Assembly (NCBI GenBank): GCA_046583355.1
Contig: JAYGCM010000045.1
Location: forward strand, 1 to 64,000
Direction of reading: 5' to 3'
Origin: Deltaproteobacteria bacterium
Lineage (GTDB): Bacteria > Desulfobacterota > Binatia > UBA12015
DNA length: 64,000 bases
Made by a program: the position numbers and the translations under genes. The notes under the pieces were generated by a model that was not told the DNA's origin, did not search any database, and saw only the letters and a program-made list of their open reading frames with translations. Below are positions 19,467 to 29,598 of this stretch, in pieces. Each line of letters starts with the position of its first letter. Position 1 is the first letter of the stretch.

Positions 19467-20576
19467 TCAAGCAGCCGACGCTTCAAGGCGTGAGATCAAT
19501 TTCTCGCGCCAAGCGCTCGGCGAACCAAGGGTTGCGGCCAGGACTTTCGCCCGGCGGTAGAAGAGGTGGCAATCGAACTCCCAGGTGAAGCCGACGCCGC
19601 CATGGACCTGGATCATATCCTCGGCACCCAGCACGAAGGCATCGCTCGCCGCGACTCGCAGATTGCAGGCCGCCAGCGAAAGTTCGGGGTCGTTGGTCGA
19701 AAGGGCCCAGGCCGCCCAATAGGCATTGGAGAGTGCGATCTCCTTGCGTGCGAAGAAATCCGCCAGGCGGTGCTTGACCGCCTGAAACGAACCGACCGCA
19801 CGGCCGAAAGCGTAGCGCTCTTTCACATAGGCAACCGAAATATCGAGAGCGCGTTCGGTGCCGCCGATCTGTTCAAAACCCATGAGTACGGCCATATGGT
19901 CGAGCAGCCTGGCGAAATTCGCAGCCCCCTCACCGGCCGCGCCCAGGCGCTCGGCGGGAGTACCCTCGAAGCTCAGCTTCGCCTGCGAGCGGCTCGCATC
20001 GAAAGACGCGAGTTTCTCACGCGTGACGCCGGCCGCCGCGAGTTCGACCAGGACGAGAGAGGCGCCCTCGCCTTCCCGCACCAGGACAACCGCGAGGTCG
20101 GCGATATCACCGTCGAGAACCGGTGCCTTGGTGCCCGTCAGAACGCCGTCCGAAAAGCTCGTCTCCAGCCCGGCGGGATCGACTTCGCCCAGCCCTTCGG
20201 AAAAGGCGACGCAGCCGATTCGTGCGCCCGCCGAGAGTTGCGGCAGCCATTTCTTTTTCTGCTCTTCGCTACCAAAGAGGAGAATCGCTTCGGTCACGCC
20301 ATAGACAGACGAGGCAAAGGGGATCGGTGCCAGCGCGCGGCCCATTTCCTGCGCAAGCAGGCAGAGTTCGAGGTGGCCGAGGCCAGTCCCCCCATAGGCT
20401 TCGGGAACAGCGGCACCCAGCCAGCCCATCTCGGCGACCTTCTTCCAAAGGCCCTCATCATAGGAAGAGTCGGATTCGAAGACCGCACGGTCGACATCCA
20501 GAGTTGCGTTCGCATCGAGAAACTCGCGCGCAGTGCGTTGCACGAATTTCTGATCATCCGAGAATTGCAGGTTCAT
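19467..20576 (-). CDS. Acyl-CoA dehydrogenase (shorter partner subunit)
   Basis: FGRAVGSFQAVKHRLAD, IQVHGGVGFTWEFDCHLFYRRA; tandem with the previous gene. Confidence 0.92.
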   Translation of the reverse strand: MNLQFSDDQKFVQRTAREFLDANATLDVDRAVFESDSSYDEGLWKKVAEMGWLGAAVPEAYGGTGLGHLELCLLAQEMGRALAPIPFASSVYGVTEAILLFGSEEQKKKWLPQLSAGARIGCVAFSEGLGEVDPAGLETSFSDGVLTGTKAPVLDGDIADLAVVLVREGEGASLVLVELAAAGVTREKLASFDASRSQAKLSFEGTPAERLGAAGEGAANFARLLDHMAVLMGFEQIGGTERALDISVAYVKERYAFGRAVGSFQAVKHRLADFFARKEIALSNAYWAAWALSTNDPELSLAACNLRVAASDAFVLGAEDMIQVHGGVGFTWEFDCHLFYRRAKVLAATLGSPSAWREKLISRLEASAA

Positions 20577-20645
20577 TCAGGTCCCCTTTGGCTACAGGCG
20601 GGTTTAGCCAAGGCCACCCGGGAAGCAAAGAGGGCGAAAGACAGG

Positions 20646-22067
20646 CTACGCGGCGGCGCTCTTCACCCGAACGCGAGGATCGAGATCGATGGCAGAATCC
20701 GGGGCGGTAGCCGCATCGATCCGCACAAGGAGAGTGACGATGGACCCGACTGCGGCAACCACGCCGAGCGCGAGCATCGATTGCGCCCAGTCAATATCGG
20801 CTTTGAAAAGAAAGGCCGAAGCGATTCCGCCCAGGTTCCCGCCGGCGCCAACGATCCCGGCAACCGGGCCCAATGCGCGCCCGTTCACAAAGGGGACAAT
20901 CGAGAAAGTGACGCCAGCCGCCATATGATTGAAGAGCGCAAAAATCAGCAACATTCCGACGGCCGCCGCGAGTGTGGTGATTTGCGAGAAAAGCATCAGG
21001 GCACAACCCTCGAGAAAAAGTGCGCCACAAAGCACCCGTACACGGCCCTCCGGGCCCGCCTGCAAGGCGACGCGGTCACTGACGTAGCCTCCGAGCGACC
21101 TGGCAAAAAGATTCATCATGCCGAACCCGCCTGCGATCAAACCGGCCATCTGCAATGCCTCGAAACGCTCCAGCGAATCGAAGTAGACGAAATTGTCGAG
21201 AAAGTAGAGGGCCGAAATATTCGTGATGGTAAGCCCGATCCCGAAGCAGATCGCGTAGGCAAAGAATAAAATCCAGACTCGGCCGTCCATCGCTGCATCG
21301 AGAAAAACGCCGTCACCCGAATCTTGCGACGCGCCGTGCCCCGCCTTGCGTAGCTCAAGAAGATTTCCCTCGGGGGTATCCTGAGTAAAGCAATAGTAGA
21401 TCAATGCCATCACCAGGCAGGCGATACCCGCTGCCACCATGGCGACTCGCCAACCAACGGATTCACTGAGCCCGAAGCTGCCGACCAATGTTGCCAGGAG
21501 CAGCGGCATTGCCAGCTGCGTCACGCCGCCGCCGATATTGCCCCACCCGGCCGTGGTCGCGTTCGCGGTGCCGACGCAATTGGGTGCGAACATCAAGGAC
21601 GTATGAACCTGCGTGATCACAAAGCCCGCACCGATCACGCCGATCCATAGGCGGAAGACCAGGAAGCTTGCGAAATCGTCGGCCAGAGCGACGCCCATCA
21701 CAGGAAAAGCGCCGAAGGTAAGCAACGCCGTGTAGGCCAGGCGCGGCCCGATGCGATCACAAAGCCAACCGATGCCGAGACGAGCCACGAAGGTAATCGA
21801 CACCGAGGCAATGATCGTCCAGCCGACCTGGTCGCGCGTGAGACCGAGGTCGTCACGGATGATCGGCATCAGCGGCGCGATACCGAACCAGGCGAAGAAA
21901 CAGACGAAGAATGCCATCCAAGAGAGATGGAAGGCCCGCATCTGGGGCGTATCGATCCGCCCCAGCTGAATCCGGGTTGCCTTCGCCTGCAGGGGCGGCT
22001 CGCCTCCGGCGGCGGCTCCGCGATGGCCAAGCGCCGGCTCCGGGCCTGCTCTAAGAACGAGCTTCAC
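20646..22067 (-). CDS. narK: Nitrate/nitrite MFS transporter (NarK/NRT2 family)
   Basis: Nitrate signature GTANATTAGWGNIGGG and GIVGAGGNLGG; last gene of the nitrate operon. Confidence 0.93.
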   Translation of the reverse strand: MKLVLRAGPEPALGHRGAAAGGEPPLQAKATRIQLGRIDTPQMRAFHLSWMAFFVCFFAWFGIAPLMPIIRDDLGLTRDQVGWTIIASVSITFVARLGIGWLCDRIGPRLAYTALLTFGAFPVMGVALADDFASFLVFRLWIGVIGAGFVITQVHTSLMFAPNCVGTANATTAGWGNIGGGVTQLAMPLLLATLVGSFGLSESVGWRVAMVAAGIACLVMALIYYCFTQDTPEGNLLELRKAGHGASQDSGDGVFLDAAMDGRVWILFFAYAICFGIGLTITNISALYFLDNFVYFDSLERFEALQMAGLIAGGFGMMNLFARSLGGYVSDRVALQAGPEGRVRVLCGALFLEGCALMLFSQITTLAAAVGMLLIFALFNHMAAGVTFSIVPFVNGRALGPVAGIVGAGGNLGGIASAFLFKADIDWAQSMLALGVVAAVGSIVTLLVRIDAATAPDSAIDLDPRVRVKSAAA

Positions 22068-22527
22068 TGACGAAAACCTCCCCCGCGCGGATATCTACGG
22101 CGAGCTGCCGCAGCGGACGTCGCGGCGGCCCGGCGAGTACGGCTCCGGTCTCGCCGTCAAAGCGCGCGGCATGACAGGGGCAATCGAAGCCACCCGCCGA
22201 CCAGAGGACAGGGCAGCCGAGGTGCGTACATTTGCGGTCAAATGCGATCCAGGCACCATTCGCATTCTGCACCAGAAGCCCGTCGATAGCCGGCTCTGCC
22301 AACTCGAAAGCAAATGCATCCCCGGCAACGAGATCAGCGAGCGTTGCAACCCGCGTCGCCTCGGGAATGCGTGGCTCGTGCCATCTCCGCCTCCCCCACT
22401 CGCCGAGGGCGGCCGCGCCGAAGGCGACCAGCGCAGTCACAAGGAACCCGCGACGATCGAATCGGAGGTTCGCAGCCAGAGCTTCAGGCGGTGCGGCCGA
22501 ACCCTGCGGGTGCAGACGGGGCGTCAT
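22051..22527 (-). CDS. Rieske [2Fe-2S] protein with a twin-arginine signal/anchor
   Basis: CTHLGC...CPCH Rieske boxes; N-terminal DRRGFL plus a hydrophobic helix. Confidence 0.9.
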   Translation of the reverse strand: MTPRLHPQGSAAPPEALAANLRFDRRGFLVTALVAFGAAALGEWGRRRWHEPRIPEATRVATLADLVAGDAFAFELAEPAIDGLLVQNANGAWIAFDRKCTHLGCPVLWSAGGFDCPCHAARFDGETGAVLAGPPRRPLRQLAVDIRAGEVFVSEARS

Positions 22528-23147
22528 AGGAGCACCTCGTCCATCGCGCGTTCGGCAGCCGAGCGCCTGTCTTCGGTCTCACCGACCACTACCTGGCCGA
22601 TGCCGGCCGGAACCATCCACTGGATCCGGGTCCGCACCACCTCGTCGCCAAAAACAAATTCGGAGACCGGACGGGCCTGACGTTCATCTTCGACCTCCAC
22701 CCGCGTGCCATAGAAGAGCGCACCCGAGGGGCAGACGGTGGCGCACATCGGCTTGCGCCCCACCGATGTCCGGTCGTAGCAGAGATCGCATTTCATCATC
22801 AGCTCGAGATCCTGCTCCACCTTGGGCACACCGAAGGGACAGGCAATCAGGCAATTCGAGCATCCGATACAGCGCTCGCTCATGGACGTATGAACAACAC
22901 CATCGGGCCCCTGCAGGATCGCGTCGGCCGGGCAGACATTGGCGCAGGCAGGATCCTCGCAATGCATGCAGACGGTTGGTGCGGTCTGCACCGACGCCGG
23001 GCGCTCCAGGAAGTCCAGGTGGATCATCGAGAAGCCGCCATGCCCCGGGCATTCACTGCATCCCTCGACGCAGGCCCGACAACCGATGCAACGCTCGGCG
23101 TCGAGGAAAAGGGTCTTCTCAGGGTCAAGAAGAGTCGCACCATTCAT
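22524..23147 (-). CDS. 4Fe-4S multicluster electron-transfer subunit (DmsB/FdnH-like)
   Basis: [42 protein letters not shown]...CATVCP. Confidence 0.93.
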   Translation of the reverse strand: MNGATLLDPEKTLFLDAERCIGCRACVEGCSECPGHGGFSMIHLDFLERPASVQTAPTVCMHCEDPACANVCPADAILQGPDGVVHTSMSERCIGCSNCLIACPFGVPKVEQDLELMMKCDLCYDRTSVGRKPMCATVCPSGALFYGTRVEVEDERQARPVSEFVFGDEVVRTRIQWMVPAGIGQVVVGETEDRRSAAERAMDEVLL

Positions 23148-25360
23148 GCTCGGCCCCCCTCGCGCGGCTCTACGTCGCGGAGTAAGGAAGCGGCCGGAAT
23201 TTTTTCGATGCGGACGGTCGAGACCTTGAACGCGGGGATACCGGAGATCGGGTCGTAGGCACGTCGTGTCAGGAGATTAATTGAGAGGCGTCCCGGCCAA
23301 TGGTAGGGAACAAAAACCGTATCCGGGCGGATCGTAGCTACGACCTGCGCCTTGAGTTCCACGAAGCCACGCCGGCTGACGATCCGCACAACTTCGCCGT
23401 CCTCGATACTCAGCCGCGAGGCGAGCTTTGGGTGGATCTCCATACGCGGCTCGGAGCATTGCTCGACCAGCGGGCCGATCCTTCGCGTCTGATTCCCGGA
23501 GAGGAATTGCGAGACCACCCGGCCCGTCGTGAGCCATACGGGGTACTCGTCATTCAGCTCATCGGCCGGTGCGCGCCAGGGCGTCGCGTGGAAGCGTGCA
23601 TGGCCGTCGTCATGGGCAAAAACGCCTCCTTCGAAGAGCCTCGGTGTGCCCGGATGGTCGTCGCTCGGGCACGGCCAGAATACACCCATCTGGGCATCGA
23701 TCTTCTCCCAGCTGATGCCGGAATAATCGGCCTTGCCGCCGCGTGAAGCGGCGCGCAACTCTTCAAAAATCGCGTGCGCTGAGTCAAAAGCGAAACGCTC
23801 GCCCGCACCCAGCCGTTCGGCGAGGTCGCAGATGATCTGCCAATCACGGCGCGCTTCGCCGGGCGGTGCCACGGCCTCGCGGATCCGGATCACCCGGCCC
23901 TCGGTGCTGGTCACCGTGCCTTCATCCTCCTCATGGAGAGAACCCGGCAGCACGATATCAGCATAATGTGCCGTCTCGGAAAGAAAGAAATCGATCGACA
24001 CGAAGAAGTCGAGTTTCTCGAGCGCCTCGCGCGTAAACGTCGCATCCGGCAACGAAACCAACGGGTTGAAACAAAGCGAGATCAGCCCGCGAATCTCGCC
24101 GGCATGGATCTTCTCGATGATCTCCGGTGCGGTATGCCCCTTGCCGGGAATCTCGGACTCCTCGACGCCCCAGAAATCCGCCATCTCGCGGCGATGTACG
24201 GGGTTTTCGATATCGCGCGCGCCGGGAAGCTGATTGCAGCGCTGTCCGTGTTCACGCGCGCCCTGTCCGTTGCCCTGCCCCGTGATACTCGCGTAGCCGC
24301 AGCCCGCGCGGCCGATCTTGCCGGTTGCCAAAACCAGATTGATACAGGAGAGAACATTTTCGACACCGTTGGTATGGTGCTCGATGCCGCGTGCATGCAA
24401 CAACATCGTGCGCGGCGCTTGCACCCACATCGCCGCCGCCTCGCGAATCCGCGCCGCCGGGACCCCGACGATTTTCTCTACCGCTTCGGGCGAGGTCTCG
24501 GCCACACAGGCCCGCACTTCGTCGAAACCTCGGGTATGCGCCGCAACAAAATCGTGATCGACGCCACCGAGGCGAATCACTTCGTGCAGAATGGCATTCA
24601 TCAAGGCACTATCAGTGCCCGGGCGAATCGGCAGGAAGAGATCGGCCGTCCGCGCAATCGGCGTCAGACGAGGGTCGACCACCACAAGCTTGGCGCCGCG
24701 GTCGCGTGCCCGCCAGATATAATCCGTGGTGATCGGACTGCATTCCGAGACATTCGATCCCGTCACGAAGACCAGATCCGTGAGCGGAATATCCGCCCAG
24801 GGGTTCGCCGCACGATCCATCCCGAAGGCCTTCAGGTTCCCGGCGCCGGCCGAAACCATGCAGAGCCTCCCGTTGTAGTCGATATTGGAGGTGCGCAAGG
24901 CGAGGCGCGCGAATTTCCCGACCAGGTAGGCCTTCTCGTTGGTCAGCGAAGCGCCCGAGAGCATCGCCACCGCATCATTGCCATGGCGCGCTTGAATCCG
25001 GCGGATTCGTTCGGCCACCTGGCCCATGGTCTCGTCCCAGGGCGCCTCCGAGAACCCGTCGCCCGAACGTACCAATGGATGCAGCAGGCGGTCGGGATGG
25101 TTGCTCTGCAGGTAACGCTTGACGCCCTTGGGGCAGAGCTTGCCCCGGTTGAAGGGAAACTCTTCCCATGGCTCGACGCCAACGACCTTCTCGTCTTTCA
25201 CGAGCAACTTCATCCCGCATTGCTGGCCGCAGAAACAGCAATGAGTTTTGACTTTACGGTCGACATCGAGCCGACCGGCAAAGCCACCCGGTGGCTCCCA
25301 TGCCAGATGGGGCCCGTAGCGTGTCGTCAGAGTTTCGATAGAAGCGAAGGGACGGCTCAT
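23144..25360 (-). CDS. nasA: Molybdopterin oxidoreductase, assimilatory nitrate reductase catalytic subunit (NasA/NasC-like)
   Basis: CCFCGQQC...CPKG FS0 motif and NGRLCMVSA Mo-ligand motif; no Tat leader; operon with nirBD and narK. Confidence 0.85.
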   Translation of the reverse strand: MSRPFASIETLTTRYGPHLAWEPPGGFAGRLDVDRKVKTHCCFCGQQCGMKLLVKDEKVVGVEPWEEFPFNRGKLCPKGVKRYLQSNHPDRLLHPLVRSGDGFSEAPWDETMGQVAERIRRIQARHGNDAVAMLSGASLTNEKAYLVGKFARLALRTSNIDYNGRLCMVSAGAGNLKAFGMDRAANPWADIPLTDLVFVTGSNVSECSPITTDYIWRARDRGAKLVVVDPRLTPIARTADLFLPIRPGTDSALMNAILHEVIRLGGVDHDFVAAHTRGFDEVRACVAETSPEAVEKIVGVPAARIREAAAMWVQAPRTMLLHARGIEHHTNGVENVLSCINLVLATGKIGRAGCGYASITGQGNGQGAREHGQRCNQLPGARDIENPVHRREMADFWGVEESEIPGKGHTAPEIIEKIHAGEIRGLISLCFNPLVSLPDATFTREALEKLDFFVSIDFFLSETAHYADIVLPGSLHEEDEGTVTSTEGRVIRIREAVAPPGEARRDWQIICDLAERLGAGERFAFDSAHAIFEELRAASRGGKADYSGISWEKIDAQMGVFWPCPSDDHPGTPRLFEGGVFAHDDGHARFHATPWRAPADELNDEYPVWLTTGRVVSQFLSGNQTRRIGPLVEQCSEPRMEIHPKLASRLSIEDGEVVRIVSRRGFVELKAQVVATIRPDTVFVPYHWPGRLSINLLTRRAYDPISGIPAFKVSTVRIEKIPAASLLRDVEPREGGRA

Positions 25361-25384
25361 GATGGTTCTCGCTTTCCGGACGAC

Positions 25385-26422
25385 TCAAGCGGCTTGGCAG
25401 CTTCGACGCGGCACGGGCGTCGGCTGGAAACGATTGCCGGACAATGCCGACTGGACCCGCGCCAATCGCCGACGACGACAGGGCGCGCAAACCCTCTGCA
25501 CACCCGCGAAATGCATGCCTCGCCGGGCGAGAACCTGCTCGACCAATTCGAGCTGGGCCACCGAGGCGAGGGGAGAATGACAGCTTTCGCAGGACAGCCA
25601 TGGCTGCCCCGGCGCGCAGAGTTCCGCCGCACCGATCTGCAGAGGGCGCCCGAAGATATGCGCCAATTTGCTCCAAGGCATCGCGGCAAGAAGGAAAATG
25701 ACACAAGCCTCGTGTGCGAAGATCATCAGATCGAAGACCCGCAAGGCACCGAGGCGCGACGCCCAAGGCAAGGCCAGCCCCGTCAACGCCACCATCAACA
25801 AGAGCATAAGAGGCGCCAGATGAAACGACCCCAAAGCGCCCGTCTCGCCGCGGCGCAGGAGGCGAGCGCCGAGAAAATAGAGGCTACCAAAGACTACCAG
25901 CAGCGAACAAAGTACCAGCGCATGGAAGACCAAAAACGCCACGATGCCCTCGACCGGAAACGAGAAAATCGGGATTCCGGCCATCACGGCCTGATAGGTC
26001 GTCGTATCAAGTGCGCGAAATTGCAACCAGCCGAAAACCAGAGGAAAAGTAATGAGCGTGGCCAAGAGCGTGCCCCAGGCCAGAGCCAGATGAGCCGCGC
26101 CGCGCAGCCGGCCTCGTCGAAACAGGAAATTCTGTGAACCGAGGGTCCGCAAGGCCACACCACTCAACGCGACCAGCCGGCGCGGCGTCCGCAGCCGCCG
26201 CAAAAACGCCCGGCCAAAGGCTGCGGTCGCCGGCCGACGCCAGAAGAGAGAGACGCGGTACGCCCCGGCGGCGGCGCAGACGAAGGCCGCGCCGAGATAA
26301 CCGAAAAGTGCCGGGTCCAGGTGCGTGAGGCGGCCGGAACCGAAAAAAACCATGCTGGCCAAGAGCAGCGTCAGACCCAGCGCGTCCCGTACCGCAAGGG
26401 CATGCAAGCCTACGGACATCAT
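25385..26422 (-). CDS. NarI-like membrane protein (putative cytochrome b) with a C-terminal CxxC...CxxC domain
   Basis: Multi-TM protein with four His (AHLALAWG, VFHAL, FAHEACV, PWSKLAHIFGRP) and CESC...CAPC; ATGA overlap with nirD. Confidence 0.72.
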   Translation of the reverse strand: MMSVGLHALAVRDALGLTLLLASMVFFGSGRLTHLDPALFGYLGAAFVCAAAGAYRVSLFWRRPATAAFGRAFLRRLRTPRRLVALSGVALRTLGSQNFLFRRGRLRGAAHLALAWGTLLATLITFPLVFGWLQFRALDTTTYQAVMAGIPIFSFPVEGIVAFLVFHALVLCSLLVVFGSLYFLGARLLRRGETGALGSFHLAPLMLLLMVALTGLALPWASRLGALRVFDLMIFAHEACVIFLLAAMPWSKLAHIFGRPLQIGAAELCAPGQPWLSCESCHSPLASVAQLELVEQVLARRGMHFAGVQRVCAPCRRRRLARVQSALSGNRFQPTPVPRRSCQAA

Positions 26423-26793
26423 ATTTCCTCGGGCAGCATCACCACGATGCGGCCGTCGATCAGGCTCACTGCATGCAACGAGAGCCGCGCCCCGCCCTCG
26501 GCGCAATCACCCGTACGAAGGTCGAAACTCCGGTTGTGCAAGGGACAGATCAGGCGCCCACCGCCGAGGATGCCGTCGGAGAGCGGACCTCCGGCATGCG
26601 GGCAGGCATCGTCGCAGGCAAAAATGCGGCCATCGCGCTGGCGAAAGACCGCAATCCGACGCCCCGATACCGCGAAACAACGCCCCTGCCCCAGCGGCAG
26701 CGATTCCAGCGGGCCGAGGTCGAGACAGCGCGAAAGCGAGGCTGGCTCGACGATCTCCCCATCCATCGGCAATGCGTCCATGACGAGGTTCAT
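26419..26793 (-). CDS. nirD: Nitrite reductase small (Rieske) subunit
   Basis: CPHAGGPLSDG...ICPLH; coupled to nirB. Confidence 0.92.
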   Translation of the reverse strand: MNLVMDALPMDGEIVEPASLSRCLDLGPLESLPLGQGRCFAVSGRRIAVFRQRDGRIFACDDACPHAGGPLSDGILGGGRLICPLHNRSFDLRTGDCAEGGARLSLHAVSLIDGRIVVMLPEEI

Positions 26794-29288
26794 GCGACTG
26801 CTCCCTTTCCGTCGGCCAGCGACACCGGTGCTTCAAACTGGCCCGGGTAGGCCGGACGCTCGCCGTCCGTCGCCCAAGGGTCGATGGACGACGCGACCGC
26901 CGCCTCGATCTCGCGATCGAGGCGGGCACAGATCCCATCGCGATCCTCGACCAGGATCGCGCACAATTCGACGATCCCGAGACGTTCGACCAGATGGTAG
27001 GTCCGCTCCATATAGCGCGCATTCTCGCGGTAGAACTGCATGAAACGGCCCATCATCTGCAGCACCTCATCATGGGTCTCGACGGTGCAAAGCAAGTCAC
27101 CCTTGCGCACGGTGCCGCCGGCCGCGCCGCCGATATAGATCTCCCAGGAGCCACCCTCGATCGCGACCGCGCCAAGATCTTTCACATAAGCCTCCGAACA
27201 ATTCCGCGGGCATCCGGCGGTCGCGAGCTTCATTTTATGTGGCGACTCAATACCCTGAAAGCGGCGTTCGATCTTCTGCGAAAGCTCAATGGACGCCCCG
27301 AGACCGTACCGACAAAAATCTGTACCAACACAACTCTTGCAGGTACGAAACGCCTTCGAGTAGGCGTGCCCGCTCGGCATATCCAGATCCCTCCAGACAT
27401 CGGGCAAATGCTGCTTGGGAATCCCCAGAAGGTCGATCCTCTGCCCTCCAGTGAACTTCACCATCCGGGCCTCGTATTTGACGGCAACGTCGGCGATCCG
27501 ACGCAGCTCCTCGGGCGAGGTCACACCGCCGTAGATCCGCGGAATTACGCTGAAGGTGCCGTCGCGTTGGATATTGGCGTGTACGCGGTCGTTGATGAAA
27601 CGCGCATCGCGCTCGTCTTCATATTGGTCGTGCCAGACCGAACGCAGCAGGGAAGCCAACCCCGGCTTGCTGGCGGCATCTTCCCCACCCTCGCCGAGTG
27701 CCGCGAAGACCGCACTCACGCTGCGCAGGCTTTGTTCCTGAATCGCGGCGACCAACTCCGGCTTGCGCAGGGGAATGCCGGGCACATACCAATGCTCCCG
27801 CTCGTCGCTCTGCGCCGCGCCGCTCGCTTCCAGGATCTCACCGATGAGTCCCTTGCAGCTGCCGCAGCCAGAACCCGCACGGGTACAGGCAGCGATCCGC
27901 GCCACCGAGGCGCAGCCTTCTGCGATCGCTCCGAGAATCACCCCCTTGGAGACGCCGTTGCAATTGCAGACCTGCGCATCGTCCGGCAGGTCGGCGGCGG
28001 AGAATGGCGTCGCGCCCGCGCTGCCCTGCAACATCTCGGAGCGGCGCAGCGGTGCGGGAAGGCCCTCACGGAACATGCGCTCCAGAAGCGGCGCACGCTC
28101 GACATCGCCGATCAGAATCGCGCCCTCCAGCTGCCCCTCGCGGAGGACCAGCTTCTGGTAGATCCCGGCTTTCGGCTCGCTGTAGCGTATGATTTCGAGG
28201 TCGGCGTCATCCGACTCGGCGCGAGCATCGCCCATCGAGGCCAGATCGATGCCCATGACCTTGAGGCGGGTTGCGATCTTCGAGCCCTGATAGGCAGCAT
28301 GCGTGTCGGCGCCGGTGAGAATATCGGCCAATGTCCGGGCCTGCTCCCAGATCGGCTCGACCAAGCCGTAGACCTTTCCGCGGTGCTCGACGCATTCGCC
28401 GACCGCGAAGACGCGCGGATCACTCGTCCGCATCTGGTCATCGCAGACGATACCGCGCTCAACCTTGAGATTCGCCAGAGTCGCGACCTCCGTGATCGGT
28501 CGAATTCCGGCGCTGATAACGACCATATCGGCGGCAATCTCTTCGCCCGAGCCAAAGCGTACTCCTTGGACGTGGCCGTTGCCCAGAATCTCGTCGGTAA
28601 GCGTGCCCACGCGGACCGAAACGCCCATCCCAGCCATGGCATCGGCGAGCATGGCGCCACCGGGCTCGTCGAGTTGGGCCGCCATCAACCAGGGCGCCGC
28701 CTCCACGACGGTCACATCCAGGCCATGCGCCAGCAGCCCGCGCGCCGCTTCGAGGCCGAGCAAGCCGCCGCCGATGACCACCGCCCGTTCACTGCCGCCA
28801 GCCCAAGCCACGATGCGGGAGCAATCGTCGAGGGTACGGAACTGAAAAACACCTTGCTTGTCACGACCTGGTATCGGCGGCACGAAGGGACGCGATCCGG
28901 TCGCAAGAATCAGATGGTCCCATTCGGCCACAATCGGAGTCGCTTCGAGATCGAAGCCATTGGTCCCATAGGCCGCGGCGCCGGGCTCCATCGGGTAACC
29001 AATCACCACACGCTTGTCGCGGTCGATGGCTTCGACCTTCACGCCGGCGTGCAATTCGATGCCGTGCTCCTTGTACCAGGCCAGCGAGTTGAGCATCGTT
29101 TCGGCGGGCTCTTGCGTCCCGCCAAGAACATGGGAGAGCAGGATCCGGTTGTAGTTCCCATAGGGCTCCGCACCGAAAACTGTGATCGCAAAACGCTCGG
29201 GGTCGCGACGAAGAATTTCCTCAATGACCCTTGCCCCGGCCATTCCGTTGCCGATCACTACCAGTTTTTCACGCGCACTCTGTCCCAT
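26790..29288 (-). CDS. nirB: NAD(P)H-dependent sirohaem nitrite reductase large subunit
   Basis: KLVVIGNGMAG, YNRILLS, GGGLLGLEAA, CNCNGV..GCGSC, CKSCVGTDFCRYG, GCPRNC. Confidence 0.97.
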   Translation of the reverse strand: MGQSAREKLVVIGNGMAGARVIEEILRRDPERFAITVFGAEPYGNYNRILLSHVLGGTQEPAETMLNSLAWYKEHGIELHAGVKVEAIDRDKRVVIGYPMEPGAAAYGTNGFDLEATPIVAEWDHLILATGSRPFVPPIPGRDKQGVFQFRTLDDCSRIVAWAGGSERAVVIGGGLLGLEAARGLLAHGLDVTVVEAAPWLMAAQLDEPGGAMLADAMAGMGVSVRVGTLTDEILGNGHVQGVRFGSGEEIAADMVVISAGIRPITEVATLANLKVERGIVCDDQMRTSDPRVFAVGECVEHRGKVYGLVEPIWEQARTLADILTGADTHAAYQGSKIATRLKVMGIDLASMGDARAESDDADLEIIRYSEPKAGIYQKLVLREGQLEGAILIGDVERAPLLERMFREGLPAPLRRSEMLQGSAGATPFSAADLPDDAQVCNCNGVSKGVILGAIAEGCASVARIAACTRAGSGCGSCKGLIGEILEASGAAQSDEREHWYVPGIPLRKPELVAAIQEQSLRSVSAVFAALGEGGEDAASKPGLASLLRSVWHDQYEDERDARFINDRVHANIQRDGTFSVIPRIYGGVTSPEELRRIADVAVKYEARMVKFTGGQRIDLLGIPKQHLPDVWRDLDMPSGHAYSKAFRTCKSCVGTDFCRYGLGASIELSQKIERRFQGIESPHKMKLATAGCPRNCSEAYVKDLGAVAIEGGSWEIYIGGAAGGTVRKGDLLCTVETHDEVLQMMGRFMQFYRENARYMERTYHLVERLGIVELCAILVEDRDGICARLDREIEAAVASSIDPWATDGERPAYPGQFEAPVSLADGKGAVA

Positions 29289-29335
29289 GCTGCCTCTCCC
29301 GAGGAAGGATTTCCTTCCAGTTGGGAGAAGGCCTT

Positions 29336-29351
29336 TGCATCACTCGTGCCA
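29336..29351 (-). promoter_or_regulatory. sigma54 promoter of the nirB...narK operon
   Basis: The minus strand reads TGGCACGAGTGATGCA (GG-N10-GC), about 48 nt upstream of the nirB ATG. Confidence 0.8.
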
Positions 29352-29598
29352 GAGTGACGCAGCGCACTATGTCGAGCCGTATCGGACTCCGATGACCTTG
29401 AAATTACTCACGAATCCTGATTTCCCGGTCGATCCGATGCGGCAGGCACGGCCGGTGAGACGACATTGCGGACGGCATGGGGCGCTCACCAATGCGGCAG
29501 GGTGATAGATTCCCGAGCAATGCTCTGCGGCACCGGCTCGACAATCCGGCCACATAGGACCGCGCGGCAAGCCCCGCGACCTTTGCGGCCGGTGTCGA

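Noticed and set aside
23144..25360. Mo enzyme as a formate dehydrogenase
   Set aside because: The ligand motif is RLCM rather than the Fdh-type Cys/Sec-His, and the operon context is nirBD plus narK.
29294..29330. Hairpin in the nirB leader as a NasT/NasR (ANTAR) antitermination element
   Set aside because: There is only one stem (GGAAGG/CCTTCC with outer TCTCCC/GGGAGA), no dual-hairpin motif, no terminator and no nasTS gene nearby. The outer arm partly precedes the predicted start site.
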